Shown here: positions 32,586-42,915 of the stretch, one piece after another
Layout: every line of letters begins with the position of its first letter
Position numbering within the stretch: position 1 is the stretch's first letter
Assembly (NCBI GenBank): GCA_963665275.2
Contig: CAXXIN010000016.1
Coordinates: 1 to 64,000 of the forward strand
Reading direction: 5' to 3'
DNA length: 64,000 bases
Source of the DNA: Negativicutes bacterium
Lineage (GTDB): Bacteria > Bacillota > Negativicutes > UBA1444
Notes under the pieces: model-generated
What the model was told of the DNA's origin: nothing
The model's database searches: none
Seen by the model: only the letters and a program-made list of their open reading frames with translations
Translations under genes and position numbers: made by a program

Positions 32586-33092
32586 ATGGTAATGCCAATC
32601 TTAAAAATTATCTGGAAGGCCGAAGTTGCTTTCATTACGATCGCCTTGGGGATCATGTCTATCGTGACCTTCGGCGCTGTCGTCAGCCGTTTTACCTTCC
32701 ATTATGCTTTGCCGTGGTCGGAGGAATTAGTCCGTTATTTATTCGCTTGGACCTCCATGGTGGGTTCGAGCGTAGCTGTTCGGGCGGGAGCACATATCGG
32801 CATCAATGTTGTGACCGACAGGTTACCCCAAAAAATGAAAAAAGCAGCCGAAATCATTGTTACATTATGTAGTATCAGTTTTTGTATTGCATTGCTATTT
32901 ATCGGATGGGACCAAGTGCTGAATCAGGCAGGACAGCTGTCGCCAGCTATGGAGCTCAATATGGCCGTCGTGTATGCTTGTTTGCCTGTAGGGGCTGTAC
33001 TGATGATTATCAGTTTGGTTGCGGTTCTTTTGCATGATCTAAATATCATTAAAATTAATACCAGTGGGATTGAGGTTAAGGAGGTTATCTGA
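32586..33092 (+). CDS. dctQ: TRAP small permease DctQ
   Basis: SRF...PWSEELVRY, GAHIGI, LSPAM. Confidence 0.88.
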   Translation: MVMPILKIIWKAEVAFITIALGIMSIVTFGAVVSRFTFHYALPWSEELVRYLFAWTSMVGSSVAVRAGAHIGINVVTDRLPQKMKKAAEIIVTLCSISFCIALLFIGWDQVLNQAGQLSPAMELNMAVVYACLPVGAVLMIISLVAVLLHDLNIIKINTSGIEVKEVI

Positions 33093-33094
33093 AC

Positions 33095-34376
33095 GTGGAA
33101 ATTATCATTATGATGTTTGTGCTCTTTTTCATATTGGCGTTCATGAACGTTCCCATAGCCTTCACCTTGGGAATCGCCGCTATCGTTCCTTTAATTATCA
33201 CCGAAGAATTTTCCATTAGTAGCTGTAACAATGGCTATGACGCAGTCCATCGACTCTTTTTCCGTTTATGGCGATTCCTTTCTTTATTCTTGCCGGTAAT
33301 TTGATGGATAAAGGAGGAATTTCAGGCAGGCTTGTCAGTTTTGCCAATTCGATGGTTGGATCCATTCATGGAGGTCTGGCGATCGTCACTGTAGTCGCCT
33401 GTACTTTCTTCGGCGCTATCTCTGGATCTGGCCCGGCTACTGTAGCGGCTATCGGCGGGATCATGATTCCCTATATGGTCAAAGAGGGCTACGGAGCGGG
33501 CTTTGCAGCGGCCGTTGCGGCGTCGGCTGGTTGTCTGGGACTCTTCATTCCTCCCAGCATCGCGATGATCACGTATGGAGTAACCACAGGTCAATCTATC
33601 GGAGCTCTATTTATCGGCGGCGTTGGGCCGGGAGTGATTACAGGCGTTGGGCCTCTGCATAGTGAGTTGGTGGATTCCAAAAAACGCGGCTATAAAGGAA
33701 ATATGCCGTTTTCGATGAAGAACGTAAAAGCAACAGGGAAAAATGCCATGTATCCGCTGCTGATGCCGGTTATTATTCTCGGTGGAATCTATGGCGGTAT
33801 ATTTACACCGACGGAAGCTGCGGCTGTGGCGGTTTTTTACGCCATTATCGTGGGCTTCTTTTTTACCCGCGAACTTAAAGTGTCGGATTTGCCTTCCATA
33901 TTGACGGGTTCCGCAGTCACGACAGCCATGGTAATGCTGATCATCGCGACGGCTTCGGCTTTGGTAGACTGTTGACGCTGTTGGAATTGCCGGCGGCTCT
34001 GGTGAACTTCGTTGTAGAAAATAATGTGAGCGCCGCAATGTTTCTCCTTGTTATCAATGTCGCGATGTTAATCATCGGCACTTTTATGGAACTCAATGCG
34101 ACGATTCTTATTTTGGCGCCAATTTTACTGCCGATCGCCAAAACGCTGGGGATTGATCCGGTTCATCTCGGTATCATTATGGTGGTTAACATGACTTTTG
34201 GATTGCTGACCCCGCCCTTGGGCGTTCATCTTTTTGTGGCCTGTGGCATAGCGAAAATGAAATTCGATGTAATTTGTCGGGAGATCCTGCCATTCTTGGT
34301 ATTGGCAGTGGTGGTTATCCTTATTGTCACCTACATCCCTCAGTCAAGTATGTGGCTGGTTAAGTTATTTTATTAG
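33095..34376 (+). pseudogene. dctM: TRAP large permease DctM interrupted by several single-base indels (sequencing error or pseudogene)
   Basis: DctM motifs spread over three ORFs (33095-33304, 33268-33975, 33972-34376). Frame changes map to T/G runs near 33209, 33257, 33649/33675 and 33960. Confidence 0.8.
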
Positions 34377-34783
34377 TTCCTTGATGAGGCCCAAATAGTT
34401 GATAGTTCGTGCTGGCGCTGCAGTGAGGCCGATTCAATGAAGTACTGCCAAGCTGGAAAGACGCGGGAGCTATAGAAATCTTCTAATGGGTATCGAAATC
34501 TATAATATAGCTATGATTGACGTTAAACAATAAAGACATCATGACCGGGGAAGATATTTCTTCCCCGGTCACGCTAATATCGCTATCCTGACAGATTGCT
34601 ACATCGTATGCTGATTATTCAAAAGCGATTATTAAACAATATAACTCATGGCTTGTAATAATTTTGCAAATATCACTATCAAAAGGTTGTCTCTATATAA
34701 AGGGTTGTCATCCGTACAAAAAAGAGAGGAAGACTGCAACCGATGCTTCTCAGAAGGTAATAAACTTGATGGAAAGGAAGAAA

Positions 34784-37700
34784 ATGAACATGGCAAAGCG
34801 AAAAATGAAAACAATGGATGGAAATACTGCTGCTGCCTACGTGTCCTACGCATTCACCGACGTGGCAGCCATTTATCCAATTACGCCATCATCTCAAATG
34901 GCGGAATTGGTGGACGAGTGGTCGGCTTTAGGGAAGAAAAATATCTTTGGACAACCTGTTCGTGTGATGCAGATGCAATCAGAAGGCGGAGCTGCCGGCA
35001 CTTTGCATGGATCGCTGCAGGCAGGAGCCTTGTCCAGCACCTATACGGCATCGCAGGGACTCTTATTGATGATTCCCAACATGTATAAAATTGCCGGTGA
35101 GTTGTTGCCTGCAGTATTTCATGTCAGCGCCCGGTCTTTGGCCTCCAATGCACTCAGTATTTTTGGCGATCATCAGGATGTGATGGCAACCCGCCAAACC
35201 GGATTTGCGCTGTTGGCATCAAGCGGCGTGCAGGAAGCGATGGACCTGGCAGCGGTTGCTCATTTGGCCGCAATCAAGAGTCGTATCCCGTTTCTCCATT
35301 TTTTTGACGGATTTCGCACGAGCCATGAAGTACAGAAGATTGAAGTGCTGGAATATGACGAATTGGCGGGACTAATCGATATGGAGGCCGTTAAAGAATT
35401 CCGTAACCGGTCTCTCAGTCCGAATCGTCCGGTAATCCGCGGCACAACACAGAATCCTGATATCTTTTTTCAGACGCGCGAAGCAGTGAATAAATTTTAT
35501 GCAGCGCTTCCGGATATCGTTGAAACTTATATGCAGGAAATAAACAAACTGACGGGAAGACACTACAAATTGTTCAATTATTATGGTGCCAATGATGCCG
35601 ATAGAGTGATCGTGGCAATGGGATCGGCATGTGATACCATACGTGAAACTGTTGATTACTTAACCTCGCACGGAGAAAAGGTAGGCGTGTTGGAAGTCCA
35701 TCTGTATCGACCCTTTTCTATCGAACGCTTCCTTGCAGAGCTTCCAGACGGTGTCAAAAAAATAGCTGTTCTTGACAGAACGAAGGAACCAGGGGCTACC
35801 GGCGACCCACTATACCTTGATGTCCGCAACGCATATTATGAAAAAATAGCGCCTCCGGCTATCGTGGGGGGGCGCTACGGTCTCGGATCCAAGGACTTTA
35901 CTCCGGCGCACGTTGTCGCTGTTTATGAAAACCTCAAAAGTGAGAAGCCGAGAAAGGGGTTTACAGTCAGCATCGAAGATGATGTGACTTTCACTTCGCT
36001 GCCAGAGTACGAAAAAGACATCGATACAATTCCTGCAGGGACTACCTGTTGTAAATTTTGGGGCTTGGGATCAGATGGCACGGTGAGCGCGAACAAGAGT
36101 GCCGTTAAAATTATTGGCGATCACACCGATATGTACGTTCAAGCCTATTTTGCCTATGACGCGAAAAAGTCCGGCGGGATTACAATATCGCATTTGCGCT
36201 TCGGATATTCTCCTATCCGATCTCCCTATTTGATCAACAAGGCCGACTTCGTGGCCTGCCACAATCAATCATATGTCAATAAATACAATGTCCTTGCCGG
36301 GCTGCGGCCAGGAGGAATCTTCCTGCTGAACTGCGAGTGGGATCAGGCGGAATTGGAAGACAACCTGCCCAGCTTCATGAAACGTTTTATTGCACAAAAC
36401 AGTATTCATTTTCACACGATTGATGCGGCGAAAATCGCCTCGAAAATTGGGCTGGGAAGTCGCCTCAACATGGTCATGCAGGCCGCTTTCTTTAAGCTAT
36501 CCTCAATCATCCCGGTCGAGGATGCCATTGAGTATTTGAAAGAATCATTAGTCGTTGACTACGGCAAACAGGGTCAGCGGATCATTGACATGAATTATGC
36601 GGCCGTGGAGCAAGGCATGAAAGCCATCGCGACAATCATAGCGCCAGAAGGCTGGAAAGTTGCGGTTGACAAACAGGATGAGGTTCCGCATGTTGCCTGC
36701 GCTTGTTCAAGTGACATGGTGAATGCCGATTTGCCTACTTTTATTAAAGAAATTGCTGTTCCCATGAACCGACAAGAAGGTGACAAATTGCCGGTCAGTG
36801 CATTTAATGGGCGGGAAGACGGAACCTTTCCCAGTGGAACAACGGCTTATGAAAAACGCGGTATTGCCGCAGAGATACCGGAATGGCAGCCGGATCGTTG
36901 CATTCAATGCAACCAGTGTTCGTTCGTCTGTCCCCATGCCGTTATTCGTCCGGTGCTGATTAATCAAAACGAGATGGCAACGGCCCCTTATGATATGGCT
37001 GTGAAACCAGCGGTGGGGTATCCGGAAATGCAGTTTCATCTTGCGATTTCCCCTTTGGATTGCACCGGTTGCGGCAATTGTTTCGAGGTCTGTCCTGCCA
37101 AAGGAAAAGCCTTGGAAATGAAACCGCTGGCAGGCCAACTGCCGCAAGGCGAAAAAAGGTGGGGTTTTGCTATCGCTGTTTCGACAAAACCCATTGAGGC
37201 GAAACAAGCCCTCACCGTAAAAGGAAGTCAGTTTGCCAGGCCCTTACAGGAATTTTCAGGGGCTTGCGCCGGTTGTGGCGAAACCCCGTACGCGAAATTG
37301 ATTACCCAACTCGTTGGAGATCGGATGATGATATCCAACGCTGCCGGTTGCTCCACGGTATGGGGTGCGAGCGCGCCATCCACCTCATACACCACCAACG
37401 CGTCAGGCTGTGGTCCGGCCTGGGGTTTCTCACTATTTGAAGACAATGCGGAATATGGATTGGGCATGCATATCGGTGTAGCGCAACTGCGCCGGGCATT
37501 GAAAGAAAAAGTGGGGAAAGCGCTGAGCACAGTGAAGGACTTGTCGTTGCGAGAGGCCATGACTGAGTGGCTGCAGCACATGAATGAAGGGGAAGGAACG
37601 CGCGCCCGTTCCCGCCGCCTGATTGACATCCTGGAGAAATCTAAAGGCAATGATGCGTTATTGAACGAGATTTACGAGCATCAGGATTATTTGGTAAAAC

Positions 37701-38347
37701 GTTCCCAATGGATCTTCGGCGGAGATGGGTGGGCATATGATATCGGCTATGGCGGACTTGACCATGTGCTTGCTGCAGGGGAAGACGTTAACGTTCTTGT
37801 ATTTGATACAGAGGTTTACTCAAACACCGGTGGGCAGGCTTCGAAATCTACGCCGACGGCAGCTATGGCGCAATTTGCTGCCAGCGGCAAGAAAACTCGC
37901 AAGAAAGATCTGGGAGTCATGGCGATGTCCTATGGTTATGTGTATGTAGCACAAATTGCCATGGGTGCTGATCGTAACCAAACGCTAAAAGCTATCGCTG
38001 AAGCGGAAGCCTATCCAGGCCCTTCTTTGATCATCGCTTATGCGCCCTGTGTTAACCACGGAATCCGTGGAGGAATGCGTTTTAGTCAGTTGCAGGCTCA
38101 AAAAGCTGTTGAATCAGGCTATTGGTCTCTCTATCGATACAATCCCCAGGGCAAAGAGGCAGGCGTTAATCCTTTTACATTGGACTCAAAAGAGCCGACA
38201 GCCAGTTTCCAAGATTTCTTGATGAGTGAAGTTCGATATTCTGGACTCGCAAGACAATTCCCTGATACTGCGCAGGAGCTTTTTGCTAAAGCGGAGAAAG
38301 ATGCCAAAGATCGGCGGGATACTTATAAGCGCTTAGCGGCCCAATAA
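34784..38347 (+). CDS. nifJ: Pyruvate:ferredoxin (flavodoxin) oxidoreductase, homodimeric type
   Basis: MDGNTAAA, IYPITPSS, MQSEGGAAG, GLGSDGTV, CIQCNQCSFVCP, CTGCGNCFEVCP, SGACAGCGE, GGDGWAYDIG. Confidence 0.95.
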   Translation: MNMAKRKMKTMDGNTAAAYVSYAFTDVAAIYPITPSSQMAELVDEWSALGKKNIFGQPVRVMQMQSEGGAAGTLHGSLQAGALSSTYTASQGLLLMIPNMYKIAGELLPAVFHVSARSLASNALSIFGDHQDVMATRQTGFALLASSGVQEAMDLAAVAHLAAIKSRIPFLHFFDGFRTSHEVQKIEVLEYDELAGLIDMEAVKEFRNRSLSPNRPVIRGTTQNPDIFFQTREAVNKFYAALPDIVETYMQEINKLTGRHYKLFNYYGANDADRVIVAMGSACDTIRETVDYLTSHGEKVGVLEVHLYRPFSIERFLAELPDGVKKIAVLDRTKEPGATGDPLYLDVRNAYYEKIAPPAIVGGRYGLGSKDFTPAHVVAVYENLKSEKPRKGFTVSIEDDVTFTSLPEYEKDIDTIPAGTTCCKFWGLGSDGTVSANKSAVKIIGDHTDMYVQAYFAYDAKKSGGITISHLRFGYSPIRSPYLINKADFVACHNQSYVNKYNVLAGLRPGGIFLLNCEWDQAELEDNLPSFMKRFIAQNSIHFHTIDAAKIASKIGLGSRLNMVMQAAFFKLSSIIPVEDAIEYLKESLVVDYGKQGQRIIDMNYAAVEQGMKAIATIIAPEGWKVAVDKQDEVPHVACACSSDMVNADLPTFIKEIAVPMNRQEGDKLPVSAFNGREDGTFPSGTTAYEKRGIAAEIPEWQPDRCIQCNQCSFVCPHAVIRPVLINQNEMATAPYDMAVKPAVGYPEMQFHLAISPLDCTGCGNCFEVCPAKGKALEMKPLAGQLPQGEKRWGFAIAVSTKPIEAKQALTVKGSQFARPLQEFSGACAGCGETPYAKLITQLVGDRMMISNAAGCSTVWGASAPSTSYTTNASGCGPAWGFSLFEDNAEYGLGMHIGVAQLRRALKEKVGKALSTVKDLSLREAMTEWLQHMNEGEGTRARSRRLIDILEKSKGNDALLNEIYEHQDYLVKRSQWIFGGDGWAYDIGYGGLDHVLAAGEDVNVLVFDTEVYSNTGGQASKSTPTAAMAQFAASGKKTRKKDLGVMAMSYGYVYVAQIAMGADRNQTLKAIAEAEAYPGPSLIIAYAPCVNHGIRGGMRFSQLQAQKAVESGYWSLYRYNPQGKEAGVNPFTLDSKEPTASFQDFLMSEVRYSGLARQFPDTAQELFAKAEKDAKDRRDTYKRLAAQ

Positions 38348-38415
38348 ATTACTCAAGCTATGAAAGCGGAACTGCGATACACTCTTTTTATCAAGAAAAA
38401 GGAAGGTGGGCATCC

Positions 38416-39789
38416 TTGATTCAAATCGAAATAATCAACAAACTGGTCGACATAGTCGGCAAAGAGCACGTTCGTACTGATAAGGAAGATCTCATCATTT
38501 TTTCCTACGATGCAACTTCGATGACGGGGATGCCGGAGGCGATCGTTTCCCCGGCGAATGCTGAAGAGGTTGCGGAAGTGATCAAACTGGCGAACGAAAA
38601 ACTGATCCCTGTTGTTCCGCGCGGAGGCGGGAGCAATCTTTCCGGCGGCTCCATAGCGACGTCGGGGGGGATCGTTCTTTCCATGATGCGTATGAACCAA
38701 ATCTTGGAAATTGACGAGGAAAATTTGACGGCAACGCTCCAACCAGGGGTAATTACGGCTGATTTTAATGCGACCGTCGATGCTCGCGGGTTGATGTATC
38801 CACCGGATCCCCAGAGCGCTTCGATGTCCACTATGGGGGGAAACGTCTCCGAAAACGCGGGAGGGCCACGTGGAGTCAAATATGGTGTGACCAAGGATTA
38901 TATTCTCGGCTTGAGGGTCGTGATGCCGAATGGTGACATCGTCAAAGTCGGCGGCAAGATGGTCAAAAATGTGAGCGGATATGATCTTATTCGACTTTTT
39001 ACCGGCTCGGAAGGGACTTTGTGCGTTATTACCGAGATCACAGTCCGGTTGATTCCCAAACCGGAAGCGAAAAAAACGATGCTTGCCTTGTTTAATAGCC
39101 TGGATGATGCGGCAAATACTGTGGCTGGAATTATCAAAAGAAGGATCATTCCGACTACAATGGAATTGATGAACCAAGATGCCATGACCTTAATTGAAGA
39201 ATTCAAACCAGTTGGCTTTCCAACAGACGCCGAAGGAGCGCTGTTGATTGAAGTGGACGGCGCGCTGGCGGATGTGGAGCGACAAGCGGATAACATCATC
39301 GAAGTTTGCAAAGACTGCGGCGCTAGTGAGGTGAAAGTGGCTCAAAACGCGGAAGAGTCCGCCAAATTGTGGGCGGGGCGCAAGGCCGGGTTCGGAGCAT
39401 TTACCGCCAAGGCATTCACCGTATTAGCTGAAGACGCAACAGTTCCTCGTAGCAAGGTGCCGGACATCGTTCGCCGCATACAGGAGATCGCTAAAAAATA
39501 TAACGTTCGCATTCCCATTCTCGGTCATACCGGAGATGGCAACATGCACCCGAATATCATGTGTGACGGTCGTGACCCTGAGGAAATGAAACGCGTAGAT
39601 GCTGCGATTGATGAGATTTTCCGAGCCGCATTGGACTTGGGGGGGACCTTGTCGGGCGAGCATGGAATTGGACATTCTAAGCAAAAGTACATGAACTGGG
39701 AGTTCGGTGAAGAGGGGCTGAATGTTATGCGCAGCATCAAGAAAGCTCTTGATCCGAACAATATTCTAAATCCGGGCAAAATGCTTTGA
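38416..39789 (+). CDS. FAD-linked 2-hydroxyacid oxidase, GlcD/LctD-like
   Basis: PRGGGSNLSGG, YPPDPQS, ENAGG, KYGVT, GSEGTL, HTGDGNMH, SGEHGIG, LNPGK. Confidence 0.9.
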   Translation: MIQIEIINKLVDIVGKEHVRTDKEDLIIFSYDATSMTGMPEAIVSPANAEEVAEVIKLANEKLIPVVPRGGGSNLSGGSIATSGGIVLSMMRMNQILEIDEENLTATLQPGVITADFNATVDARGLMYPPDPQSASMSTMGGNVSENAGGPRGVKYGVTKDYILGLRVVMPNGDIVKVGGKMVKNVSGYDLIRLFTGSEGTLCVITEITVRLIPKPEAKKTMLALFNSLDDAANTVAGIIKRRIIPTTMELMNQDAMTLIEEFKPVGFPTDAEGALLIEVDGALADVERQADNIIEVCKDCGASEVKVAQNAEESAKLWAGRKAGFGAFTAKAFTVLAEDATVPRSKVPDIVRRIQEIAKKYNVRIPILGHTGDGNMHPNIMCDGRDPEEMKRVDAAIDEIFRAALDLGGTLSGEHGIGHSKQKYMNWEFGEEGLNVMRSIKKALDPNNILNPGKML

Positions 39790-39801
39790 GGAGGCCGGGA
39801 T

Positions 39802-41040
39802 ATGAGTCACTCAATCGATGAATACAAAGAGGAGACGCTGAGGTGTCTTCGCTGCGGACTTTGCCACGCTGTTTGCCCTGTGTATTCCGAAACCCATGAA
39901 GAACAATCGGTGGCGCGCGGGAAACTGCGACTTGCGCGTGCCCTGCTAGAGGGAGATGTCGAAGTGACTCCCCGAATGAAACAGATCATGTCTTTATGCC
40001 TAAGTTGCGGGGCGTGCGTAAGCAATTGTCCGTCCGTGATCAAGACAGACAAGGTCGTTTTGGCAGCTCGGGCTTATGCCACTGAAAAAGATGGGTTGCC
40101 ACTGCCGATGAATCTGGTGTTGAGGAAATTGCTTCCAAGTCCATCGTTGCAGGCTTTGGCAGTGAAAATGGGCCATTTGTATCAATCAACCGGAGTGCAG
40201 AAGTTGTTGCGTAAGAGTGGCGCAATCCAGGCCGTATCCGAAGAAATGGCAGCAAAAGAAGGAATCATGCCTGAATTCGGCGATACGACATTCCGCAACA
40301 TGCTTGCTGAGATTCCTCGGAAAAGAGGCGGCAAATATAAAGTCGCTTATTTTTTGAGTTGTGTGACAAACATGATTAATCCGGACCTTGGCAAAGCCGT
40401 AATCCGGGTACTGGAGAAACACGACTGCGAAGTACTGATCCCAACAGAAGTACAATGCTGTGGCATGGCACACATCGGGTACGGCGATCTGGAAACAGCA
40501 CGAAAGCTTGCGGCAAATAACATGAAATATCTGTTGGCGACAAAGGCTGATTTTATCATCACAGATTGTGCGACGTGTGGAGCCACGATGAAGGAGTACA
40601 AGGAGCTTGTTCCGGGAAGCGGGGAGTTTTCGGCGAAAGTATTCGATATTTCGGAGTTTTTGGTGGACAAGGTCGGTCTCCAGGTAGGCGAAAAACAAAT
40701 AGAGGGAATAGTGACCTATCATGATTCTTGTCACCTGAATCGAGCGCAAAAAGTGAACTCCGCGCCACGCAAAATATTGAAATCGATACCTGGCCTAACT
40801 TTCCGGGAAATGCCAGAGGCGGATCGTTGCTGCGGAGGTGCAGGAACTTTTAACATGAGACACTATGATGTTTCGATGAAGATTCTTGACCGAAAAATCA
40901 AGAACGTCAAGAGCGTGAAGCCGACAATCGTAGCGGTGGGGTGTCCAGGTTGCAACATGCAACTTGCCTATGGCTTGGAGAAGAATGGGCTCGATATTCC
41001 CGTTACCCATCCGGTAGAACTGTTGAATCAGACATATTAG
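39802..41040 (+). CDS. GlcF-like Fe-S subunit (two ferredoxin motifs and two CCG domains)
   Basis: CLRCGLCHAVCP, CLSCGACVSNCP, QCCG, YHDSCHL, RCCGGAGTF. Confidence 0.9.
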   Translation: MSHSIDEYKEETLRCLRCGLCHAVCPVYSETHEEQSVARGKLRLARALLEGDVEVTPRMKQIMSLCLSCGACVSNCPSVIKTDKVVLAARAYATEKDGLPLPMNLVLRKLLPSPSLQALAVKMGHLYQSTGVQKLLRKSGAIQAVSEEMAAKEGIMPEFGDTTFRNMLAEIPRKRGGKYKVAYFLSCVTNMINPDLGKAVIRVLEKHDCEVLIPTEVQCCGMAHIGYGDLETARKLAANNMKYLLATKADFIITDCATCGATMKEYKELVPGSGEFSAKVFDISEFLVDKVGLQVGEKQIEGIVTYHDSCHLNRAQKVNSAPRKILKSIPGLTFREMPEADRCCGGAGTFNMRHYDVSMKILDRKIKNVKSVKPTIVAVGCPGCNMQLAYGLEKNGLDIPVTHPVELLNQTY

Positions 41041-41083
41041 TGACGGACTCAAGTTTCTTACTCCGAAATACGCGATAGAAGCT

Positions 41084-41202
41084 TGTTATACTGGTCAGAT
41101 TAGCATGAAACATCTTTCACAGGGCTGGAAAATGCAATTGTTTGTCACTTCAGTTAAGAAAGCGCTCAGCGGCTGACACAGCAATTGTCAGGGGCGCTTT
41201 TT
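41084..41202 (+). promoter_or_regulatory. Extended -10 promoter and attenuator-like leader
   Basis: TGTTATACT at 41084-41092; hairpin AAAGCGCT..CTGACA/TGTCAG..GGCGCTTTTT; short ORF 41105-41176. Confidence 0.4.
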
Positions 41203-41246
41203 AAATAAACCCAAAAATGCGTGAATATTGAGGGGAGGCCATCCAG

Positions 41247-42752
41247 TTGAACGTTTCATCCTGCGCCGCGTTGCGGCCGTACCGCGTTGCTTCCATTATA
41301 ACAGTCCTGGGTCTTTTTATTTTGTCCGCGATTCCTTCTGTGGCGCTGGCTGCGGAAACGGCCGGAGAGGCCCCCGATATCGGCAAAATACTGCCAATGT
41401 GGATGGGATTGCCGTTCGTAGGAATTCTGCTTTCGATTGCTCTGTGTCCGTTGGTAAATTCGCACTGGTGGGAGCATAACGAAGGCAAAGTCAGCCTATT
41501 CTGGGCACTCGCCTTTTTCATCCCTTTTGCTATGCTGTTGGATTTTTCTTCCGCCATCTATTATTGCCTTCACATGTACATCTTTGACTATATTCCCTTC
41601 ATCATTCTGCTCGGCAGCCTTTTCGTAATATCCGGCGGCATCATCGTCCGAGGAGCCCTAAAGGGTACACCGATCTTCAATTGCATTCTGCTGATCATCG
41701 GAACCCTCTTGGCAAGCCTGATTGGCACCACCGGCGCTTCCATGCTGATGATTCGGCCGGTTATCCGGGCCAATGCATTTCGCAAAGCCAAAGCGCATAC
41801 GATGATCTTTTTTATCTTTTTGGTCAGCAATGTTGGCGGGTCTCTGACCCCGCTCGGCGATCCGCCTCTTTTTCTGGGCTTTCTGCATGGAGTGCCCTTC
41901 TTTTGGACGCTTCGTTTAATTTTGCCGTTCCTTGTTACGGCTGGTATTGTGCTGGCAATTTACTACATGGTTGACTCCTACTATTATCGCAAGGATATAC
42001 CGCAGCCTGCAACCGAACCCTGCGGCTGTGATGAGGATAAGGAAGCGATCTGCGTCGACGGACTTTTCAACTTTTTGCTTCTGGCCGGAGTGGTTGCCGC
42101 CGTTGTCCTGGGCGGAATTTATATCAAGGACCCTATGTTTTACGACGCCAGTACCGACACCAAAATCGGGTTTTCGCTCATGGCCCTGCACGGCCATACC
42201 CTGATCCTGCCCTACCTGAATTTGCTCTTTAACGGAACCATCTTGCTGCTGGGCTTCTTGTCACTCAAGCTGACGCCTTCTTTAATCCGCGAAGACAATC
42301 ATTTCACCTGGGGACCGATCAAGGAAGTGGCGGTCTTGTTCGCCGGCATCTTTCTCACCATTATCCCTCCGATGGCGATTCTTCAGGCAAGGGGCGCCGA
42401 ACTTGGGGTTACGCAACCTTGGCAGTTTTTCTGGGCTTCGGGAGTATTATCCAGTTTCCTCGATAATGCACCGACCTACCTGACGTTCCTCAGCGTGGCT
42501 GTTGGTCTGGGCGCCAAAATCGGCGTAGTCACCGACATGGGAACCGTACCGGAACAGATCCTGATGGCGATCTCCTGCGGCTCCGTCTTCATGGGCGCCA
42601 ACTCCTATATCGGTAATGCACCGAATTTCATGGTGAAATCCATTGCTGAAGAAAACGATGTAGCGATGCCTTCCTTTTTCGGATACATGGCCTGGTCGTG
42701 CGCGATTCTGGTACCGACCTTCGTTGTGGTCACCTTCTTGTTCTTCCGGTAG
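41247..42752 (+). CDS. Ion-transporter superfamily membrane protein (putative Na+/H+ antiporter / CitMHS-like)
   Basis: Many TM helices; IGTTGASM, SNVGGSLTPLGDPPLFLG, LSSFLDNAPTY, MGANSYIGNAPNFMVK. Confidence 0.8.
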   Translation: MNVSSCAALRPYRVASIITVLGLFILSAIPSVALAAETAGEAPDIGKILPMWMGLPFVGILLSIALCPLVNSHWWEHNEGKVSLFWALAFFIPFAMLLDFSSAIYYCLHMYIFDYIPFIILLGSLFVISGGIIVRGALKGTPIFNCILLIIGTLLASLIGTTGASMLMIRPVIRANAFRKAKAHTMIFFIFLVSNVGGSLTPLGDPPLFLGFLHGVPFFWTLRLILPFLVTAGIVLAIYYMVDSYYYRKDIPQPATEPCGCDEDKEAICVDGLFNFLLLAGVVAAVVLGGIYIKDPMFYDASTDTKIGFSLMALHGHTLILPYLNLLFNGTILLLGFLSLKLTPSLIREDNHFTWGPIKEVAVLFAGIFLTIIPPMAILQARGAELGVTQPWQFFWASGVLSSFLDNAPTYLTFLSVAVGLGAKIGVVTDMGTVPEQILMAISCGSVFMGANSYIGNAPNFMVKSIAEENDVAMPSFFGYMAWSCAILVPTFVVVTFLFFR

Positions 42753-42915
42753 CCGACAATGGCGATGTATATGGTGCGAACATGCGTTGAAACTTGAGTT
42801 AGGTAATGCAACGAATATTTGATATAATGAATCCAAAATGTTGAAATATGAACGGGCGTGCCGCCAGGTGGTACTGGGGCGAAAGCCCGCTTTGCATTTG
42901 GAAGGAGGCCGTGAA

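Noticed and set aside
34629-34670. Rex operator upstream of PFOR (TTGTAATAATTTTGCAA)
   Set aside because: One base short of the 18-bp consensus with several mismatches, in an AT-rich region.
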